Shown one piece after another: positions 56,889 through 64,000 of a stretch of DNA of 64,000 bases. This stretch comes from the human T2T-CHM13v2.0 reference genome, Homo sapiens: assembly GCF_009914755.1 (NCBI RefSeq), contig NC_060933.1. The stretch is one strand, 5' to 3'. The notes below the pieces were generated by a model. That model was not told where the DNA came from. It saw nothing but the letters and a program-made list of their open reading frames with translations, and made no database searches. Both the position numbers and the translations under genes were made by a program. Positions within the stretch are counted from its first letter, which is position 1, and every line of letters begins with the position of its first letter.

Positions 56889-57325
56889 TGTTAACCCAAA
56901 ATATCTGAGATGGGTCTCAGTCAATTTAGGAAGTTTATTTAGCCAAAGTTAAGGACATGCGCCCATGACACAGCCTCAGAAAGTCATGATGCCCAAGGTG
57001 GTCAGGGTGCAGCTTGGTTTTATACATTTTAGGGAGGCGTGTGGCATCAATCAATATGTGTAAGAGGTACATTGGTTTCGTCCAGAAAGGCAGGACCACT
57101 GGAAGGAGGGAGGGGGCTTCCCGGTCACAGGCAGGTGAAGAACAAACTTGCATTCTTTTGAGTCTCTGATTAGCCTTTTCAAAGAAGGCAATCAGATACG
57201 CATGTCTCTCAGTGAGCAGAGGGATGGCTTCGAATAGGGAGGCAGGTTTGCCCACAGCAGTTCCCAGCTTGATTTTTCCCTTTGTGTAGTGATGTTGGGG
57301 TCCCAAGATTTATTTCCCTTTCACA
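56889..57325 (-). mobile_element. MER4A-type ERV1 solo LTR
   Basis: TGTTAAC...ggtctcagtcaatttagg...cagcttggttttatacattttaggg...TTTCACA; flanks CTGG/CTGC. Confidence 0.88.
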
Positions 57326-57998
57326 CTGCCTTCAGCCCTCAGGTCACCTAGAGTACAGGCTCGGTTCTGGGAGGCTCTGGGCAAGATGGGCTCTTTGAGT
57401 CCCAGCTGACCAGGCTGCTTGGGAAGGCAGTGAGCACAAGCTCCTGTTTAACCTGTGCTGTGAGCATCACTGCGAGTCCCTGGTGGACCGGGCTGCAGGG
57501 ATAAGGGACCCTCGAGGCCACAGGCAAGGAGGCTGGCAGGCCAGTGTGGTCTACGTCTGGTGACACCACACCTCGCCGGCACCCTGCTCTGGGTATTAGT
57601 AAGCAAGGGTGACCCCTCGCTGGCACCCTGCTCTGGGTGTTACTAAGCAAGAGCGACCCCTCGCCATCCCTCCCTTGCCTCCCAGCCCTTCCGTGAGCTG
57701 AGAAAGAGTCTCCTAAGGCCGCGGGGCATTCGAGCAGCCCCTGTGAGCCATTTTGCTTCCGCATCTCATATTTCCCTGCGTCTTTTAACCAAATATATGA
57801 AGTTGTGAACACAAAACTGTCAACTGAGCTAGCTGTCTCCCTCTAACAAGATCAGTCCCAATTATGCCAGCTGCCAGGAGGGTGCTGAGAGCTGCGTTCC
57901 TCTGAGATCCTGTCTCCTGCGGTGACGCGGTGACGGTGCAGGGCAGGCCCAAGGAGTGTGTTTGAGAGGCCCCTGTGGCCGCTTCCAGAGCACTGTCA

Positions 57999-58240
<242 letters not shown>

Positions 58241-58944
58241 AAGAAAATCATAAGGAAGAAAAAATATATTTGCTGAGCTGGCACAGCAGGAGGGAAGGGG
58301 TTTCCTCGTGGCAGATCCTGGATTGGGGGCATGGAGGCAAAACTTTCAGTTGGAAATGTCAACACTGTCCCCACAACAGCAAAAACACCAAGGATGGCAA
58401 CCCCTGGGTAGGGGCGGCCCCTCCGAGGCACGCTGAGCCCTTCCTTATTTCACATGTGCTCACGTCGGCCCTGGGGGAACAAGTCGTTGCCAGTCACACT
58501 AGAGTATACACAAGGTATCCCCCTGTGCCTGGCCCTGGGGAGGAGGACTCTGGTCCTACCTGGGGCAGGAGGATGGAGAGAAAGGAGACCAGAGCCAGCT
58601 GTGAGTCTCCAACGGTTCTGGCCAGGCAAGCAGGGGCAAGCAGCATCTGCAAAGAGGCTGGGGTGTAATTCTGGCAACAGCTTGATGGGGATCTAAGCGG
58701 GGGGAGGCTGGAGAGGTGGCTGTGAGTAACCAATGAACTCTACTAAACAGGAATTCAATCCAGGGCCTAGCACTGTAACCCAAATATCTTCAGGGGTCCA
58801 GATGGCCCAGTCCATGCACAGACTTCCCTTCAAAGGAAGCCAAATCAGAGCTGAGGGACTTGAGGAATTGTAGTTCTTCACTGTCAATTTCCTTGTTAAA
58901 CCTCCCTGCGGTTTACAGGGAACACCATGAAGAAATCCAACCCA

Positions 58945-59800
58945 GACATCTTTCCTTCACAGACTCCACACTCAGCTTCTCCCCCTCCCACGCTGCTCCT
59001 CCCTGTCCTTCCCAGACCCCACACTCAGCCTCTCCCTCTCACACTGATCCTCCCTAGTCCATCCCAGACCTCATCCTCAGTTTCTCCCCATCCCACACTG
59101 CTTCTCCTTGTCCTTCCCAGACCCTATGCTCAGCTTCTCCCCCTCTCACGCTGCTCCTTCCTAGTCTTTTCCAGACCCCACACTCAGCTTCTCCCTCCCA
59201 GCTGCTCTTCCCCAGTCCTTCCCAGACCCCACACTCAGCTTCTCCCTCTCACACTGCTCCCCCCTAGTCCTTCCCATACCCCAGGCTCAGCTTCTTCCTC
59301 TCACGCTGCTCCTCCCTCATCCCTCCCAGACCCCACACTCAGCTTCTCCCTTCCACCTGCTCTGCCCTTGTCCTTCCCAGAACCCACGCTCAGCTTCTCC
59401 CCATCCCAGGCTGCTTCCCCCATCCCTCCCAGACCCCATGTTCAGCCTCCCCCATCCCAGGCTGCTCCTCCCCTGTCTTTCCCAGACTCCACAATCAGCC
59501 TCCCCCTCCCAGGCTGCTTCTCCCTGTCCTACCCAGACACCACATTCAGCCTCTCCCTCCCACACTGCTCCTCCCCTGCCCTTCCCAGACCCCACGCTCA
59601 ACCTCTCCCTCCCACGCTGCTCCCTGCTGTCCTTCCCAGACCCCATGCTCAGCTTCTCCCTCCCACGCTGCTCCCCCCATCCTTCCCAGAACCCACACTC
59701 AGCTTCTCCCGCTCCCAGGCTGCCCCTCCCCATCCCTCCCAGAACCCACGCTCAGCTTCTCCCACTCCCATGCTGCTCCCCCCTGTCTTGCTGCTCCCTG
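58945..59800. repeat. Pyrimidine-rich minisatellite, ~55-60-bp unit, ~15 copies
   Basis: Recurrent ccttcccagaccccacactcagcttctccc...gctgctcc. Confidence 0.92.
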
Positions 59801-60989
59801 CTCCTTTCTCCTTCCTCCTGGGCCTCCACCCACCCATCCTGCCTGCTGGTCACAGTCACTGTGCTAACGCCCTTCCCCACACAGCCCACAGGGCCCATCC
59901 CCCAGGCTCGCTGTAACTGCCTTCTATGAGAGGGCTGTGCTTGGGCAGCTCTGGTGACACACACTGGCATGTCACCCTGGGCGTGTCATGGGGAGCCACT
60001 GGAGAAACCCTGCACTAGAGCAAGGAATCAGCAAGAAGAAGGGCAGCCTGAGCCAGAGCTGGGAGGGGAGTGGGAAGGCTGAGGGGTACAGGGAGGTGGC
60101 AGGGCGGGAGTGGTGAAGCCATGCAGCAGAGGGGGAAGCTGCTCCCGCCCACATTTGCTCCCACAGGAAGATGCCAGAAGACCCTTCCCCCAACTTTGCC
60201 TTTAGTTTCTGGTTTCCAAGGAAATCTGAGAGCCTGGACACACCTTAATGAGCCCTGGAGATGACACCTCCTGGTGGGTCCCACTTGAAAGGCTGTTGAC
60301 TCTGCTCTAGGCCCTCCCTTTGAGCCATCCTGGGGCACCTGCCTGGGACACACATCCCCAAGGAGACACCATCCCATCAGGCACAAAGCCTGCACTAAGC
60401 GTGCTGCAGTCACCTGCTCTGTCATTCTGGAAGGGGGCTCAGCCCACCCTCACTGGGGCAGAAGGCAGAATCAGACCACCTGTGTACGAGGGGCAGTGAT
60501 ATTCAGAAAGAAATCAGCACTGAGCTTATGAAAACACCAGCGGCACAAGCAGAAGAGTAAGGGAACAAGGGCTCAGAGGAAAATCCTTCCTCACAAATAG
60601 ATGTGCTTCACCTAACAGAAAAAATATATATATATATATTTTAAAAAGATTTACTGTGCTATCCATAAGGCACAAGGACTGCAGCTGCTAAAAATCAAAA
60701 TCAAGCTCACAGGGGCCAGGACACTCTGATCAACAGGAGGAAGATTCTAAGAGGCAATGTCAGTGGAGTGATTGCCCACCACATGCCAGAAAACGGAGTG
60801 CCCCTCACACATATGGACTCAGCACTTCCAGGCGGAATGCCCTGGCATGCAGGAGTAGCCTGGTATGTGGGTGAGTCACAGGTGAGTCTAGACGGGGTGC
60901 CTGGTCCTGTATCCTCCAGATGTTGCATGGAAATTGTCATTATCTTTGTCTTCCCCCATGAGCACAAAGCTGAGAACTGCTGTGTGCAC

Positions 60990-61330
60990 TTCATCCACAT
61001 TCTAAGCTCCAGCGTTCACTACAAGTATCCTCATTTTAAAGACAGTAGGCCCACATGAAGTAATTCTCCCAAAGTCACACATTTCAACGTGAAGGAACCA
61101 AGATTTGAATCCAGGCAGTTTCGCTCCAGGTGCTGTACCTCCAACCACTAAACTACAAAATCACTAACCTTTACTAAATGCTTTCTATGTGCCAAGCACA
61201 ACAGCTGCATTATCTCATTTAATTCTCCCAGCGACTCTCTAAGATAGGAATTTGTGTTTCTATGTTGAAGATGGTACAATGAGATGAACTGAGGCCAGGT
61301 TACACAGTTGGGATATGATGGAGTTCTAAC
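60990..61330 (+). mobile_element. MIR fragments
   Basis: tcctcatttta...ccaaagtcacac...gatttgaatccaggcag and attatctcatttaattctc. Confidence 0.7.
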
Positions 61331-61429
61331 AAAATGGTTCAGGGCTTTAAACTAAAATCAAGGGAAAAGTGTATCCGAGACCACCAGATCCACCAAGGAG
61401 AACCAAACAAGTAGATCACCCTTGAAAAC

Positions 61430-62460
61430 AAGAACAAGAAATTAAGACAGTGTGGCATTGGTATAAGGATAGGCAAATTGACGGGCAGAACCTAAGAGAG
61501 TCCAGAAGCCACTGCCATCTGTGCAGTCACCTGATCTATAACAAAGACAAGGCTGAGATGTGGGGCTGGGGGGCTGGTAGGGTGTGGTCTTTTCCATTGC
61601 TGAGTCAACTGGATATCCAAATGGAAAAAAGAAAGCAGCCTTACCCCTGCCTCACACCACATACAAAAATAAATTTCAGATGGCCTGGAGATCTAAATGC
61701 AAAAGGGAACACAATAATGCTTTTAGAGGAAAACACAAAAAACATCTTCATGACCTCAGCTTAAACAAAGATTTCTTAAACAAAACACAAATCATTAACC
61801 CTGCATTTGTGGGAGGCTGAGGTGGACAGATCACTTGAGCCCAAGAGTTTGAGACCAGCCAGGGCAACATGCCAAAACCCTGTCTCCACAAAAATTACAA
61901 CAATTATCCAGCTGTGGTGGTGCACACCTGTAGTTCCAGATATTCAGGAGCCTGAGGCATGAGGATTGCTGAAGCCTGGCAGGCCAAGGTTGCAGTGAGC
62001 CAAGTTCACAGCATTTTACTCCAGCCTGGGTGACAGAGCGAGACCCTGTCTCAACAAATGAGACAAAACAACAACAACAAAAAACTTCATATCATCAAAA
62101 GACACTGTTATGAGAACTGCAATTCATATATCTGAAAAAGGACTCTTAACCAAAACACATGAAGAACTCGTGTAAACCAACAAAAATAAGATTGATATCC
62201 CACAGAAAAGGGGAAAAATACTTGCACAGATGCTTCACAAAAGAAGCAATTCAAATGGCCAAGAAATATACAAAAAAGTGTTTGACACCATTAATCATCA
62301 GGAAAATGCAAATTGAAACTACAGTGTAATCCACTTACACACCTACCAGCATGACTAAAATAAGGAGACAGAAAATAATAGGTGTCGGCAAGGATATGGA
62401 ACAACCAGAACTCTCTTGCAGCTGCTGGTGAGAGAGTCAATGGGGCAGTCACCTGAGGCA
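61430..62460 (+). mobile_element. Old L1M ORF2 3' fragment interrupted by AluJ (~61797-62085)
   Basis: aagacagtgtggcattggtataaggatag (WHWYKDRQID); cctcacaccacatacaaaaataaa. Confidence 0.85.
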
Positions 62461-62576
62461 GAAGTTTCACCCAGCCCCAATATCACCTCATCTTAACCGA
62501 TAACATCTGCAACAACTCTATATACTAATAAGCTTGCATTCTGGAATTACTGGGGGTAAAGGCTTCAATATATCTT

Positions 62577-62885
<309 letters not shown>

Positions 62886-63260
62886 TAACAGTGTGTTTGT
62901 CTGTAACACATCTTATACTCCAATAAAAGTGTGTTTGAATTCACAATAAAAATAGCTGATGTGCATTAAACATTGGCAACGACCTGGCCTCTGCTCCATG
63001 CACTATACATGCCTTGCTTCCCCCTCACTCAAAGTGCTCTGGATCCTTGGAAAGGAGGCGTAGACCTGGGTGCAGTGGAGATAAAGGGAGAGGGGCCTGC
63101 AGCCCATCCAAGGCAGACTGTCCTCACGTCCTGGGTATTTGCCTCAGGAGAATGTAATGTCTGTGATCCACCCCCCACCCCCAGGCTCCTGCCCAGGAGA
63201 AGGTCAAAAGCTGGTTGGGTCTTAGGGCATGACCCAAACAGAAGGCTCACTCAGCTGCAC

Positions 63261-63906
63261 TGAGGCAGGAAAATAGGGTCTGGAGGCAGGGAACCTGAGG
63301 CCAATTCACGCTGACTTCCTAGAGCTAAATCAAAAGGAAAACCACAACTTTCCACACCTAAGTAACAGAAGGACGAGGGGCTATTCCCTTTGCAACCCCC
63401 CCCTCCTTTTCTGCTTGGCAGATTGAAAATTGAAACTACCTCTGATTGGTAACTTTCTGCAACCAATCATATATTTGCATAGGAGTGTAAGTTTGTAACT
63501 TCGCTTTAGCCTCTAATTGGTTGCTTTCACAACCAATCAGACGCTTGCATAGGGTGTAACCTTTGTAACGTCACTTCAGCCTCTGATTGGTGGCTTCTCA
63601 ATCAGACTGATTGCAAGCCATTACCTCATTTACATAGGGTGTACACCAAGTAACGAATGGGAAATTTCTAGAGGGTATTTAAATGCCAGAAAATTCTGTA
63701 ACGGGGCTCTTGAGCCCCTGTGCTCAGCCGGCTCCCACCTTGTAGAGTGTACTTTCATTTTCAATAAATCTCTGCTGCTGGCTCCCACCTTGTAGAGTGT
63801 ACTTTCATTTTCAATAAATCTCTGCTTCTTTCCTTGCTTGGTTTGTGCATTTTGTCCAAGTCTTTGTTCAAAATGCCAAGAAACTGAACACCCTCCACCA
63901 ATAATA
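63261..63906 (+). mobile_element. MER51-type ERV1 solo LTR
   Basis: Starts TGAGGCAGGAAAATAGGGTCTGGAGGCAGGG; tandem CCAAT-containing repeats; TATTTAAA near 63676; AATAAA twice. Confidence 0.9.
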
Positions 63907-64000
63907 ATGCCTGGGGCTCAGGTGCCTGTGACCTGCTCCTCTTTGTTTCTTCTTCCCTGAGGAACATCTTGCTCAGCTCCTCTTAGGAACCAAATATCTG

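Overview
Hominid (human or great-ape) genomic DNA, most likely a pericentromeric segmental-duplication mosaic of the FAM27/SST1 type (chr9-like; the exact paralog cannot be fixed from sequence alone). There are four blocks. (1) 1-29203 is AT-rich and made almost entirely of nested transposons: old L1s, THE1, Tigger3, L1PA, Alus, and an 8.1-kb class-III (ERVL/MER54-like) provirus carrying an env gene with a deleted HERV-H inside it. It also holds an ancient L1 3'-transduction bounded by a ~20-bp TSD. (2) 29204-38367 is a five-monomer SST1/NBL2 (MER22) macrosatellite array: 2.45-kb, 1.41-kb and ~2.39-kb direct monomers, then an inversion junction and two inverted monomers. The monomers carry FAM27-type ORFs and a repeated TATA/CCAAT/NRF1 promoter module. 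(3) ~38368-47300 is a transposon-poor block with CpG islands, homeodomain-type motifs and an 18-bp G-rich VNTR, possibly a duplicated HOXC-flank/FAM242-type segment. (4) ~47300-64000 is GC-rich, with solo LTRs, a minisatellite and a candidate decayed large exon. No conventional protein-coding gene, rRNA, tRNA or CRISPR array was found. Family names come from recalled consensus sequences, not from a database search.
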